Source of the DNA: a virus
Direction: 5' to 3' (one strand)
UHGV virus genome: UHGV-1579991
Length of the DNA stretch: 64,000 nt
How positions within the stretch are numbered: the first letter of the stretch is position 1; each line of letters starts with the position of its first letter. A program made the position numbers and the translations under genes. Positions 19,134 to 30,345 of this stretch are shown one piece after another. Below the pieces are notes generated by a model. The model searched no databases. It was not told the origin of the DNA and saw only the letters and a program-made list of their open reading frames with translations.

Positions 19134-19162
19134 GTTATATAAATTTAATCATTTTTTGTCAC
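19134..19162 (-). promoter_or_regulatory. sigma70-like promoter candidate (GTGACA-N17-TATAAC) upstream of the sigma factor gene
   Basis: Hexamers read on the minus strand with 17-nt spacing, about 30 nt upstream of ATG 19105. Confidence 0.4.
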
Positions 19163-19208
19163 ACGTGAAAATGTTTTGCACATTATTTTCATATAAAGTG
19201 TAAAAAAG

Positions 19209-20267
19209 TTATGAACATTTTGTTAACAATGCATGACCACAATCATAAACTGCAACATAGCCAGTGTTAAGCATCTCTTGCTCATCTTGGCCGGCGTCTA
19301 CAATATGTTCTTTGCTGTTAAGTTTGACCCAGTGCTTGCAGATTGTTGACTTATCATCTGACAATTTAGGGTTAATGCAGAAGTCTGTTGAGCTTATTGT
19401 GTTGTCGAGATGCTGTTTGATGATATTGACAACTTGTTCAGGCGTCATCCAATCAAACACTGTTATGCAAGTGTAGCCATGCTTGAGGGCAAGCTGAGTT
19501 TTGTTGAAGTGATAGTCGAATGGGAGCGCATAGTTATGCTTAGACTTGCCAATTGCATATGCATAGCCATACGTAGAGTTGTGACTGATTGTTGGGCAAA
19601 TTTCAATCAGCAAATGCTTATAATGCAGGTCATATGACTGGCGTTCAATATTGACGTCATCACAGTCAAATGCAAGCCCAAGTTCTTGTAGCAGCAAAGT
19701 TTGCCATCGTTTGTTTGTAGCTGATATGACATTTTTGTGAGCATTGCGACATTTTTGATGCATACAAAAGAATGGGACACCATATTTTTGCTGCATCAAT
19801 TTAGTGTCAATGCCTGCTGCATTGCCATAACGTTCAAGCTTCGTTGCTCTAATTTTGTCAGCATCACCCCAAATGTTGCCATATCGTTTGCGCTTTGTGT
19901 CTTGAGACTTCTTAATGTTGCCACTGCGGTTGCCATAAATAAGTTCCTTTGATTGACACGCATGTTCAGCAGCATCTGGCCCATATATGTGACCGTATTT
20001 TTGAAGCTTAATTTCATTGATACGTTCTACTGGGCCATTTGGATGACCATAGCGTTCTTGTTTGATGCGTTTTGTGTGCTCAATTGTTGACTTTAATGCA
20101 AGCTTTGACGTAACGCCAAATTTGCGCAAACAGCCTATTCTAATATTGAAACTACGTTTAATATGCGATGCTTCTATTTTTGTAACAGCCAATTGCAATG
20201 CAGCATCACGTTCAGTTTCAAGCATGCAAATTTGTTCATCAATTGTCATAGCATCAAACCATTTCAT
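19209..20267 (-). CDS. repeat-rich (RYG-x-G) putative free-standing homing endonuclease or DNA-binding protein, paralog 1
   Basis: Tandem roughly 18-aa (R/K)YG repeats and a conserved C-terminal domain (LIEICPTISHNSTYGYAYAIGKSK) shared with 35445-36719 and 48935-50126. Confidence 0.7.
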   Translation of the reverse strand: MKWFDAMTIDEQICMLETERDAALQLAVTKIEASHIKRSFNIRIGCLRKFGVTSKLALKSTIEHTKRIKQERYGHPNGPVERINEIKLQKYGHIYGPDAAEHACQSKELIYGNRSGNIKKSQDTKRKRYGNIWGDADKIRATKLERYGNAAGIDTKLMQQKYGVPFFCMHQKCRNAHKNVISATNKRWQTLLLQELGLAFDCDDVNIERQSYDLHYKHLLIEICPTISHNSTYGYAYAIGKSKHNYALPFDYHFNKTQLALKHGYTCITVFDWMTPEQVVNIIKQHLDNTISSTDFCINPKLSDDKSTICKHWVKLNSKEHIVDAGQDEQEMLNTGYVAVYDCGHALLTKCS

Positions 20268-21837
20268 TCAACTTGTCAACATTCTTTTTGGCATCTGCAC
20301 TTTGTACAAATGCATAGACGTTGTCATAGACTTTGCTAATTGCTGCATCTGTATAGTCATAGAAGTTGTGTCGAGTTCTTGAAGTTCTACCACCTTTGAT
20401 GCCGAGTGATGTTTTGTCAGAATCTGATGGTTTCCAATATGTTCGCCCAAACCCAGTAGATAAAATCATACTTTCCACACCAGACCTATCTCGAGGCATA
20501 GCATGCTTCAAATGGCAAGTTACAATGAAGTCAGTTGGAAAGTCATCATAGCCAAGCTCACTTGATGCGGGTTGTATGTCGGTCTTCGTCAAGATAAGAT
20601 TGCCAATGCTTGCTATTGGTCGAAGTGGGTTTCCTAATAGCAAGTGCCATTCGCCGATGGCGTCGCCCTTCAACAAACTATTCATAACTGGAATTGCTGG
20701 CCGACCAATAGTGTTCAAGAATTTTGCGACTGCAAAGCGCTGAAATGCAAGTTTAGCAATCTGTTGCAATTTTTGTTTTGCTGCTTCTTTTCCACCACCG
20801 CTTGCATTCATAATGTTTTGGGCAATACCTTTGAAGAAGTCTGTGATTGAGTTGAATGAACCATCAAGTGCATCTTGAATAACTGCAGATTCAAGTTCAA
20901 GCGCTTTGTTCCAGAATATTGAAGGCTGACCGCCGACCCAATATCGACCCCCACCCCAAAACTTTGCATCATTGTATGTGCATTGCATCACATTGCTCAA
21001 CAAGTCAAGCATTGCTGTTTTGGGATTGATTCCATCAATTGACTTCAATGAATAAAAGAATTTGACAGTCAATTCATGCTCAAAATTCAAGCCGACATCA
21101 CGAATATGTGTTTGCGTAATTGAATCAATCGGGCCATAAACTTTGTTATGGTCATGTGTAGGGTCTATTGACAGTCGTGCTTTGCCACGCATTTGGTCTT
21201 TTGCATACACTGGGTCCATCAATTTTGCTACTCGGCCCATCCAGCCACTGATGCCATAATTGCCTCCACTGTCACCACGCATTTCGCCTTGCTCCAATGC
21301 TGCAGACAATTCTTTCCAACGCATGCCAAAACTGAAGCTCAACAAATCTTCAAGTTTGTTGTTTTCGCCATCAAACCACGTAATCATATGGGCGATTTCT
21401 GGTGTTTGCTGAACTGTTGTGTTGAAGATGTCATCTTGGCATGGCTCAGCAAATCTGCGCAATGTTATGAGTCTGTTGTTCGGGATTTGACCAAGAAATC
21501 TACAATACGCAAAGTCTTGCCAATCATATGTTGATGCGCCAATGGGGTTGTTGATGATATTTGCTGCAGTAGGCGTCAAGTATTGCAGGCCTTGCAAGTC
21601 TTGGTCAAAGTACACAGTTTTGCCATCAGGCAATTGCGGTGCTGCAAATAGATTCCATGCATTGAACAATGATTGCACACCTTGTTTTGATGCGTCTTCT
21701 GCACCACGAGGCATATCCGCATTGAGCTTCTTTTCATAAAAACCATGCTCATAATCTGTTTCTTGTGCAAATGCGCCAGTCAGAGTGCTACTATCTGCAT
21801 TGAGCTTATTGTCTTTTGGCGGAGCTATTGTAGCCAT
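20254..21837 (-). CDS. hypothetical protein, 527 aa (possibly a virion structural protein)
   Basis: Long ORF; no motif recognised. Confidence 0.7.
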   Translation of the reverse strand: MATIAPPKDNKLNADSSTLTGAFAQETDYEHGFYEKKLNADMPRGAEDASKQGVQSLFNAWNLFAAPQLPDGKTVYFDQDLQGLQYLTPTAANIINNPIGASTYDWQDFAYCRFLGQIPNNRLITLRRFAEPCQDDIFNTTVQQTPEIAHMITWFDGENNKLEDLLSFSFGMRWKELSAALEQGEMRGDSGGNYGISGWMGRVAKLMDPVYAKDQMRGKARLSIDPTHDHNKVYGPIDSITQTHIRDVGLNFEHELTVKFFYSLKSIDGINPKTAMLDLLSNVMQCTYNDAKFWGGGRYWVGGQPSIFWNKALELESAVIQDALDGSFNSITDFFKGIAQNIMNASGGGKEAAKQKLQQIAKLAFQRFAVAKFLNTIGRPAIPVMNSLLKGDAIGEWHLLLGNPLRPIASIGNLILTKTDIQPASSELGYDDFPTDFIVTCHLKHAMPRDRSGVESMILSTGFGRTYWKPSDSDKTSLGIKGGRTSRTRHNFYDYTDAAISKVYDNVYAFVQSADAKKNVDKLNEMV

Positions 21838-21890
21838 ATCTTCAAATTGTATTTAGGATATGTACCAAACAAACAAAAAGCTTGACTTAT

Positions 21891-22379
21891 TCAGTCAAGC
21901 TTTTGTTCAGAAAGTTCAATAATTTGTGTTTCGTATAGTCGTCTTAGTTCATCAAATCTTACACAGTTTTTGTCATACAGTGTAGCAAGGCCTTGCAATG
22001 CTTGTTGTTTGCTTGTCCATATGATGTCAGCAGTCAAATCCCATAGCCACTTTTGTGCATAATAGAACTTCCAGTCATGCCAAAATGTCTGTGCAGTAAT
22101 TTGTTGTTCTTTGTCATCGATGTAGATGAAGTGATGTGTTGGATTGCCACTTTCAAGGTCTACAAATCTGAATGTCTTATTTGCTACATGTTCAGCAACC
22201 CATTCATTAGATGCAATGACTTCTTGCAATGCACATTGATAATAGTAACGCTTTGCAATGTCAAAGTGTCGAACTACTACACCACGAAACAACGTCCATA
22301 GCCATGGCTCTTCTTCTGAACTTCTAATCCAATAAACTTCTTGATTTACTGGTAGAAAATTGTAGTGAACGAGGTCCAT
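21891..22379 (-). CDS. hypothetical protein, 162 aa
   Basis: ORF in the array. Confidence 0.55.
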   Translation of the reverse strand: MDLVHYNFLPVNQEVYWIRSSEEEPWLWTLFRGVVVRHFDIAKRYYYQCALQEVIASNEWVAEHVANKTFRFVDLESGNPTHHFIYIDDKEQQITAQTFWHDWKFYYAQKWLWDLTADIIWTSKQQALQGLATLYDKNCVRFDELRRLYETQIIELSEQKLD

Positions 22380-22382
22380 TGC

Positions 22383-23000
22383 TTACAAATGCACATTAAC
22401 GCTTGTAACAAGGTCGCAATCAATCAATGCTTTGAGCGTGTCAATTTCATTGTATCCGAATGCGCGTGTAGCAGCAAGCACGTGATTGACATCGACTGCA
22501 GCAGTAATGTCAACTACAACAGTCTTGTCATCTTCAAGTGGCTGCAAACGCTTGATGAGTTGATGCAGCATATCATCTGCTGGTACACTTGGCTGTTGCA
22601 CAGATTCAGCAACATAAGTGGTTTTGACTGGCTGTTGAGCAGGATACGTGGGCACAGGTGACACGGGTTCAATGGGTCGTTCTGTTTGCGGTGCTACAAT
22701 TGGCTGAGTTGGCAAAATGGTCTCTGACACAGTGCTGCCATCTGCTGCAGTTGTAGATACACTTGGAATCACTATTGGTTGAGAAAACACGTCATCTTGA
22801 GGGCGATTCCAAGTTTCAATTTCAGACAATGCATAAAGACGATTTTGACTGTCCCATGCCTTGTCAGCTTCTTCGTCAATTGCAACAATTGTCCGAATTT
22901 CTGCCGTTGCTGGTCTATCGCCATTTTCAAGCTGTTCAATGACTCTGATAGGCGCTATTGATGTTCGTGCCATATTTGGATGGTTTTTTATATTGTACAA
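22383..23000 (-). CDS. hypothetical protein with Pro-rich linker, about 200 aa
   Basis: ORF; true start may be the internal MARTS methionine. Confidence 0.55.
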   Translation of the reverse strand: MYNIKNHPNMARTSIAPIRVIEQLENGDRPATAEIRTIVAIDEEADKAWDSQNRLYALSEIETWNRPQDDVFSQPIVIPSVSTTAADGSTVSETILPTQPIVAPQTERPIEPVSPVPTYPAQQPVKTTYVAESVQQPSVPADDMLHQLIKRLQPLEDDKTVVVDITAAVDVNHVLAATRAFGYNEIDTLKALIDCDLVTSVNVHL

Positions 23001-23098
23001 CGCAAAGCATGCTTTTGCATCTGTGCATGCTATTTTATGCTAAGTACCCTGTGTAAAATAGTGAAATGCTTATTTTACGCAGGGTGCATCAAGTTAAA

Positions 23099-26000
23099 CT
23101 ATCGTACGATAAAGGGCTTGCTGATATCTTCAATAATCATTGAGCCGATGCCATGCAGCTCTTGAGTAACCTCGACAGATACATCTTGTGCAGTGTTGTA
23201 TGAGCACTTGAATGCTGCAACTCGACTAAATGCGTCAATGTCTGAATAACTGAGTTCATCAACTTGTATTGAGATTTCACCAATTGCTGGCGTAGTCTTT
23301 GATGGTGTAATTGTGATGTCATGTAGCCAGCCCGGATTGCCAACTATGACTGCTGTCAATGATTCGCCATCAATTGGGTTGATGATTTCATAGTTGAAGC
23401 TTAAAGTCTTTGCAGTATCATCAGTTGTTGCTGATGCAGGCGTAATGTTTATTGTTGTTACGCCCTTAGCAGCTTGGATTACTTGTGCAGTGACATCTTG
23501 AGCATTGATGTGAGAGAACTTAACTGAGCAGCTACGTTGTTCTGTTGTTAAGTTGCGGTCACATTCAATAGTCAAGTAGCCCTTGCCAGTGTTGTCATCA
23601 TATTCAAAGTTTGTATCGATAAATGCACCATCATTGTCAAGAACTGCATATGACAATTGCTGACCTGCAATTGGATTGCCAACAGTGATTTCGAATTGTG
23701 CTTGAGTGTCAGTTGACTTCAATTGAGCTGTCATTGGCTCAACAATTATCGTTGATACACCTTGAGCTGCTTGTGTGATGCTGACCGTTACATTGTCAGC
23801 AGTCATGTATGACAGTCTCAAGTATAAGTTACGAGTAGCTGTTGCAGTGTTGATGTCAAGCGCAAATTGTATTGTGCCAGCTGACATGTTTACTGCAGGT
23901 TCGCCAACAAAGCCAGAGCCCTCTGCTGCAACTGTTAATGTTTCGCCTTCAATAGGATTGCTGATGTTAAAGTTAACTGTGAATGAACCACCATTAGCTG
24001 CTGCATTGATTGTCAGTGGTTCAGCATTGATAACTGTAGCTTCTTTAGCTGCCTGAGTAAGCAAGACTGCTACATTGTCAGCAGTTGGATATTGCAGTAC
24101 AATGTTTGCTGTACGAGCACTTGTTTGCAATGTCTTGTCATAATCAAATGTAATCTTGCCATCAGCAACTTGAACATTGTGAATCCAGCTTTCTGTTGCA
24201 TATGCAGTGACTGCAGCACCAGCATAGCCATTACGAATTTGATATGTAATTTCAGATGAACCGCCAGCAGCATTAAGTGACATAGAGCTTGTGACAATGA
24301 TTTCAGGCCTTGTTGATGCACCTGTACTGTATTGAACTACAGATGCAATTACACGAGGCTCAAATATGACAGCATTTGCAGAGCCGCCAAATGTCGGTGT
24401 TGCAATCACATAGATTGGCCAAACGCCACTTGATGCGACATTACGTAAGATTGCTTGATAATGCAGTTCATTGCATGCATCTTGCAATTCACTCCACGTT
24501 TTTGCAGTGTCAATTGATGTCAAGCATGCTGGCAATACTGCGCATGTTGATGGCTTATCAGCATCAATTTGTGTTGCAGCGCCACCTGATACTGGTCTGT
24601 AGCTCAAGTCGACTTTAACAGATGCATAGCCATTGCCATACACAATGAATGGCACAGTGATATCAAGTAAAATATCAACAGTCGCAGGCATGTTCAGATA
24701 TGCTGGCAGCGGTACAAGTGTTTGCATTGCTGTCGTGCCTGGCACATGGTCATCAAATGATTCGACATACACAGGTGGCGTCAAATCATCTTTGTGAGCA
24801 TATTCTGCATGAGTGTGGTCTGAATGTGACACTGTGCTTGCATAGCCAGACCCAGCAAAGTCTTTGTTGAATGCAGACTTCTTTGCTTCTTCAGTCAATC
24901 TGCCGGAGCCATCATATGCCAGCACAGTATTTGATGCGCCGACACCTGCTGCAAGATGATTTGAGCCATCAATGAAGACATGTTTGTATTGACATTCAAA
25001 CAAATGAGCATCAAAATTGTCAAATATCGAATTGAACAACTTTTTGACTGCAGATGCTGTAGGCAGATGCTTGTTTGCATTTGCGCCATCGATAATGATG
25101 CTTGACCAATTGTCTGAGCTCTTGAAGATGCTAAGAAGCATATCAACAACTTTGCCAGTAGCATCTGTGCCAAGAACACTTGCACCGGGCAGTTTCATCA
25201 ATTGCAAGTCGACTGTTGCAGCAAGTTTAAGCAACTGCTTTGTCAATGTCAGAATGTCTGTGACAACTCCAGCATCTGACAATGCTGCAATGCGATATGA
25301 CTGATTGATGAGTTGCGCAAACTTGTATGCACGAATGAATGATTCTCGCTTTGATTCTGCATCCAAGCCTTTTGCTAAGAACAACTCATCGTACTTCAGA
25401 TTTGCATATGACAATATGTCAAGCTCATTGACTGCAGATGTAAAATGGTTGCGAAGCCTAATGCCCTCATATGACTGCCACAATGTAGCCAAATCAGCAA
25501 ATGACTTGACATGCGAATCATCTGATGCAAAGCCAAACACAAGACCACTATTAAAGTCATTTTGCAGCAGCATATGTGGAAATGCATCAAGACCTGGCAA
25601 CTGGTTCTTTTTGTCAGCATCAAGACGATTCAATGTTCTTTGCGTGAGGTCATAATAGTAATATGGATTGCCCAATATCTGCACGACAGGCTTTGCTGCT
25701 TTGTTGTTTGCATTGCCAAGACCATCAATTTGTGTATCACTCGGTGCAAGCAGAATAACTGAGCTATCGACATTATTATATCGAGGCACGCTTTCAAGCC
25801 CTATTGATAAAGCTCCTGTATGTTTGTTTGAGTAGTTGTTGTCGATTTCTGCACCAGGCTGACCATCTGCTGCAATGTTGAACATCGCTGCATATGACTT
25901 GATTGTACCGCCGTACTTTGTTTTGATGAGCTCTTCAATGATTTGCGTAATGATGACATTCAAGTTATCATTGTCACTCGTCAACAACTGCAAGCCTGTG

Positions 26001-26506
26001 AATTGCCACCATTGTGCATCATCTGATGACGCGTCATACCAGTACACTTTGCCATCTGGTGCAATGACCCAGTCTGCGTATGACAAAGCGTCTGTATGCA
26101 AAATGTTGCAAAACGCAGGTTTGTTTGCATCTGAACAGAACTCATTGAATGCTGCAGCATCGACAACTTTTGCAGTACCTGCGTCATTTTGCGTAGCTGA
26201 CCAATCACTGCCAAATGTTGCATTGATATCAGCAAGTGATGCATACATAATGCGGTTGCCTCGATAGCCATCGAAGCCAGGCAAACCACGGTCACCAGTT
26301 TCACCAATACGCCCCTTAAATAGGGGTGAATTCACTATACGTGAAAAGTTATAGTTGAGCGCCTCGATAAGCGCTGGGTACGAATCAACTTGTAACTTTT
26401 TCAGTACAATTGGCTGTGCTTTATGTTCTGCAGACATATTGTTCAGATATTTTGCTTTGTATATGTATTCGAGACTTTGTTGAGAATCGTCTGTCACTAT
26501 GTGCAT
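23099..26506 (-). CDS. fibre-like protein, 1135 aa: short collagen-like Gly-X-Y stretch plus C-terminal Ig-like repeats
   Basis: GRIGETGDRGLPGFDGYRGN near the N-terminus; 4-5 C-terminal repeats ending in TQAAK/TQAAQ, the same inter-domain motif as the 1442-aa protein. Confidence 0.7.
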   Translation of the reverse strand: MHIVTDDSQQSLEYIYKAKYLNNMSAEHKAQPIVLKKLQVDSYPALIEALNYNFSRIVNSPLFKGRIGETGDRGLPGFDGYRGNRIMYASLADINATFGSDWSATQNDAGTAKVVDAAAFNEFCSDANKPAFCNILHTDALSYADWVIAPDGKVYWYDASSDDAQWWQFTGLQLLTSDNDNLNVIITQIIEELIKTKYGGTIKSYAAMFNIAADGQPGAEIDNNYSNKHTGALSIGLESVPRYNNVDSSVILLAPSDTQIDGLGNANNKAAKPVVQILGNPYYYYDLTQRTLNRLDADKKNQLPGLDAFPHMLLQNDFNSGLVFGFASDDSHVKSFADLATLWQSYEGIRLRNHFTSAVNELDILSYANLKYDELFLAKGLDAESKRESFIRAYKFAQLINQSYRIAALSDAGVVTDILTLTKQLLKLAATVDLQLMKLPGASVLGTDATGKVVDMLLSIFKSSDNWSSIIIDGANANKHLPTASAVKKLFNSIFDNFDAHLFECQYKHVFIDGSNHLAAGVGASNTVLAYDGSGRLTEEAKKSAFNKDFAGSGYASTVSHSDHTHAEYAHKDDLTPPVYVESFDDHVPGTTAMQTLVPLPAYLNMPATVDILLDITVPFIVYGNGYASVKVDLSYRPVSGGAATQIDADKPSTCAVLPACLTSIDTAKTWSELQDACNELHYQAILRNVASSGVWPIYVIATPTFGGSANAVIFEPRVIASVVQYSTGASTRPEIIVTSSMSLNAAGGSSEITYQIRNGYAGAAVTAYATESWIHNVQVADGKITFDYDKTLQTSARTANIVLQYPTADNVAVLLTQAAKEATVINAEPLTINAAANGGSFTVNFNISNPIEGETLTVAAEGSGFVGEPAVNMSAGTIQFALDINTATATRNLYLRLSYMTADNVTVSITQAAQGVSTIIVEPMTAQLKSTDTQAQFEITVGNPIAGQQLSYAVLDNDGAFIDTNFEYDDNTGKGYLTIECDRNLTTEQRSCSVKFSHINAQDVTAQVIQAAKGVTTINITPASATTDDTAKTLSFNYEIINPIDGESLTAVIVGNPGWLHDITITPSKTTPAIGEISIQVDELSYSDIDAFSRVAAFKCSYNTAQDVSVEVTQELHGIGSMIIEDISKPFIVR

Positions 26507-26536
26507 TTTGCATCACGAAGTGCATTTTGCATATCA

Positions 26537-29500
26537 TCATTGCCACTCTACAATGCACATTGCAGCGCCTTGTTGAGCTTCAAATTGCACTGTGACATAT
26601 GAATTTGAACTGTCTCTGTTCAATGCAATTGGCATGATGAGCTGACCTGTAAAGACATCATAGAATGTCAACGTTGGCTGTGGCAGTTTCGAAATCAAGT
26701 AATTTGCATATTGCATTGATTTTGCATTGTCACCAAGCAATTTTGCAAGTGCTGCTACAAGCGATAAACGTTGTTCTGCGCCAGCAACATCAGGCAATTG
26801 TAGTTCTGCTGTTTTTGTTGTAGCAACGGACATAATTGCTGCGAACATGCAAAGTTCAAACACTGTAGGGCCTGCGATATGCTCAAATGCGCCATCAAGC
26901 CAAACTCTCGACAATTGCGTTGACAATGGGCTAATGACTTGTTCTACTGTAAGAACTTCATTGTCAATCAATGACCACAAATGAACTGAACTTGACTGAG
27001 CAAATGCTACTTTGTGTTGCAAAGACTCATCATCATTTGCAAGCGCAGACCATTGCGTAACTTGAGTCAATTCAGGCAAACAATATGCACCATATCGAGT
27101 CAAATTGACAAGCAGCTTATTTGTTGGACTTGCATTTGCAGGGTCTGCATCAATGATTTGCTGCTGCATAAACTTTTGCATTACTGCAATTCCGTCAAGC
27201 GCATTGATTGCATCACGTTGATTGTAGAATGCTATTGGCGCGAATCTATGAATCATTGTCTGCATTGTTGGCATAACTTGCATTACAATGCTTGTCATCA
27301 TTGACTCAAGAATTCGTGGTCTAACAGAGCCCTCAATAAATGCATCGACGTCATTGTCAAATGTCACAGCAAGTTCTGTTTGTATCATATGTCGAGGCCA
27401 ACTGTATGTTTCACCAGACTCGTATTCAATTGATGGAATGATGTCTTTGACCCAGATGATTGCTTCTGTGTCATTCAGCAAGTTCACTTCAATCACATCA
27501 AACAGTTGTACAACTGCAGTCTTATATGCTACTGCACTTGTCCAGTTTGTTATGTCAAGTTTGACATTTGTGCCTACAATGAAGATGTCCTTAATTGAGA
27601 ACAAGTTTTGCAATGCAATAACTTTGATTGCAATATCAATTGAGCCATCATCATTTATGACGATTGGCTTGTCTACTGTAGCGCCTTTGTATGGAAAGCT
27701 CGCGACAGTTTTGCTAAGTGGATAACAGTTGAATGCAATATCTACTTGTGTAATTTTGCTGTCATCAAGAGCAACAATGTTTGAATTGTCATAGTAGATG
27801 CTTTTGTCAATTGCAGATGTCTGCAAAATGCCATCAAGATTGACAAGAGACTGGTCAATAACTTTGAATGGCAATGCAACTGTCAATGTTTTGAACTTGT
27901 TATTGATAATAAGCTGCGGTTTGCATTCAAATATGCTGTCACCATCTACTCTGACTACTGCAAAACGCCAGCCGACATATGATGATGACACACTGTATTC
28001 AACACCCTTAAACAACGCAAATGCTGTGATATGGTCTGGCTTGGCGTAGCAGTATGTGTAGCATGGCACTTCAAGAAGTGCTTTGTCAGTTATAGCAAAT
28101 TTATGTGTCAGCTTTGTATCAAACACGTCGATAGTAGTGTCAGCAAACTCTTTTATGTCAATTGCTTCTGTAGCATATGACTTACAAAGCAGTTTTGCGT
28201 GTTGATGTTGCAGCACATAGTCAGGGCAGCCAGACCCTTCAACAAACCAGCTGTAATTAAATGAATCTAATGCAATGCCTGTCAAGCGTTCATATGGCGC
28301 AAAACCAGTGCAGTTGAATGCTATTGAATTGTTTACTCTGTATTGCTTGTTCAACGCATCAGTAGCTTCAACTGCAGCAAAATGACATTGACGAATGTTT
28401 GGCTTATTGTCCTCATCATTGATTGCGAGGTCATCAAATCTGTCATAGACAGAATCAGAAAATATCAATGCAGAGTCTTTTGACTCAAGAGTTTTGATTG
28501 CATTTGGCTGTGAGTTGCCTTGCAATTGCTTAACATGTTGGGCTATTGCATCAGCATATTGTAGTCGTTTAGACTTTTCTGCTGCAGCAGTCATGCTGGT
28601 TGCCCATGCATCAATGTCAAACTCTGTGTTTGTTGTCAGTCTCAATTCTGACTCATAGAAGCCTGACCAGTCATACACATCATGCAATCTGCAAAGTCTG
28701 GCTTGTGCAGCTTGAATTTGCAGCATGTCAAATGCAATTTTGACTGCAATGTCTGGTAGCACATCATCTACAAGCACTACAAGCGAATCAGTAGTTGTCA
28801 ATGACTCATCAATTTCTGCAAGAGTCATCAATTGACGAATTCGTACTTTGATTGCATCGGTGTCATTAAGATGCAGCAACAATGCATTTGCAGTTTGCAA
28901 GTATTGTCGCATTGTAGCACTAATGACAAGTGAATTATTGACAGTAACTGCTGCATCAAATTGCACTGTTTGACTGCTGTATGTACTTTTCTTGTACATC
29001 GACCACGGCAGCAAAACTTCAATGTTGACGTCATTTGAGTTGCAATTTGTCTCAATTCGCAGTCTTGGATTGCTTTCTGCACTATACTTTGACGATGGCA
29101 ACACTGTTACAGCGTAGTCATATGTAGACTTTGCTGAAGCATTTTTGAATGCTTCAATGAATCTGTCAATGCTTTCTTGCCAGTTTAGACCAAACAAGAA
29201 TTGATTGTCATCGACTGTTTGGCCATCTTCCCATGCATACAGACGTTCGCCATCGATGCCAGCATCTTTCATCTGACAAACAACTTGCACATCGACCTTG
29301 CCATCTACAATGATTTCGAATTTTTCACCAGGCGTCATTTTGCCCGTCAATTCCAAATCAAGTGTTCGCTTTCGTGTAAATGTGTTTGGCTTAAGCCCAT
29401 CATTTGCAGAAAATGATGCTACAACAGTTTCTGCATACAGCTTAGATGAATCAAGCAATGTAGGCAATTTGACAGTGTAGCCATCAATGTATGTCAGCAA

Positions 29501-30340
29501 GCCAAGCGCATCACCAGATACATATGCATCAATGAATGGTAAATGTGACAATGACATCGTTGGCGTCCACTCTGTCATTTGAGCATCTGACACATACAAG
29601 CCGACATATCGATGCTCACCTGGAGTGACATCTTCAAATTCAAATGACAAGTTGACAATTTGCGAGCATATCAGACCATTGTCTCGCCAAGCTTCTGATA
29701 ATGCAGCGTCAAAGTCATATGGTGACAATTCTGTATCATCAATATTTGGCACACCAAGTGTAGCATCTTTATATTGCGCAGTGACTGCATCAAAGCCCCA
29801 CACACGACTTTGCTGATTGCTGCTATGTGACACAAAACATGCAGCTTCAGACATTGATGCTTGATGCTTTGTCAACTCAACAATGTCTTTCAATCGCCAT
29901 TGATGAACAAGTACAGCGTCTTTTATGATGCTTTGCCAATCTGTTGCAGTTAAGTTATCTGAACGCAATACAACAAAGTATTGTGGCATATCTGTCTTTG
30001 ACAGCAACAATGGTGCAAAATATCTGAACACATTGAGTCGCTTCGTATATCTGCAGCCACACACATATGTCATATCGAACTGTTTTGCAAGTTCGTCATT
30101 TTGCTGCATGCCAATGAGTGTGCTTTGTTGCACATTGCAAATCTTCGATATGCCCCACTTAAGACGAGACCACATTGCAGCAGCATTGTCTGCATATGAG
30201 CCTGCATTCGAGTCAAACTCAAGTGAACTTGAATTTGTAAGTGGCGCAAACTTGACTTTGCTATACATGTCTACAATGCATTGTACATCGCCAGACAGCA
30301 ATGTATTTGTGCGAAACAGTGCTTTTGATTCGTGTATCAT
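26537..30340 (-). CDS. large hypothetical virion or tail protein, 1267 aa
   Basis: Long ORF immediately downstream of the tape-measure-like gene. Confidence 0.75.
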   Translation of the reverse strand: MIHESKALFRTNTLLSGDVQCIVDMYSKVKFAPLTNSSSLEFDSNAGSYADNAAAMWSRLKWGISKICNVQQSTLIGMQQNDELAKQFDMTYVCGCRYTKRLNVFRYFAPLLLSKTDMPQYFVVLRSDNLTATDWQSIIKDAVLVHQWRLKDIVELTKHQASMSEAACFVSHSSNQQSRVWGFDAVTAQYKDATLGVPNIDDTELSPYDFDAALSEAWRDNGLICSQIVNLSFEFEDVTPGEHRYVGLYVSDAQMTEWTPTMSLSHLPFIDAYVSGDALGLLTYIDGYTVKLPTLLDSSKLYAETVVASFSANDGLKPNTFTRKRTLDLELTGKMTPGEKFEIIVDGKVDVQVVCQMKDAGIDGERLYAWEDGQTVDDNQFLFGLNWQESIDRFIEAFKNASAKSTYDYAVTVLPSSKYSAESNPRLRIETNCNSNDVNIEVLLPWSMYKKSTYSSQTVQFDAAVTVNNSLVISATMRQYLQTANALLLHLNDTDAIKVRIRQLMTLAEIDESLTTTDSLVVLVDDVLPDIAVKIAFDMLQIQAAQARLCRLHDVYDWSGFYESELRLTTNTEFDIDAWATSMTAAAEKSKRLQYADAIAQHVKQLQGNSQPNAIKTLESKDSALIFSDSVYDRFDDLAINDEDNKPNIRQCHFAAVEATDALNKQYRVNNSIAFNCTGFAPYERLTGIALDSFNYSWFVEGSGCPDYVLQHQHAKLLCKSYATEAIDIKEFADTTIDVFDTKLTHKFAITDKALLEVPCYTYCYAKPDHITAFALFKGVEYSVSSSYVGWRFAVVRVDGDSIFECKPQLIINNKFKTLTVALPFKVIDQSLVNLDGILQTSAIDKSIYYDNSNIVALDDSKITQVDIAFNCYPLSKTVASFPYKGATVDKPIVINDDGSIDIAIKVIALQNLFSIKDIFIVGTNVKLDITNWTSAVAYKTAVVQLFDVIEVNLLNDTEAIIWVKDIIPSIEYESGETYSWPRHMIQTELAVTFDNDVDAFIEGSVRPRILESMMTSIVMQVMPTMQTMIHRFAPIAFYNQRDAINALDGIAVMQKFMQQQIIDADPANASPTNKLLVNLTRYGAYCLPELTQVTQWSALANDDESLQHKVAFAQSSSVHLWSLIDNEVLTVEQVISPLSTQLSRVWLDGAFEHIAGPTVFELCMFAAIMSVATTKTAELQLPDVAGAEQRLSLVAALAKLLGDNAKSMQYANYLISKLPQPTLTFYDVFTGQLIMPIALNRDSSNSYVTVQFEAQQGAAMCIVEWQ

Positions 30341-30345
30341 GTCTC

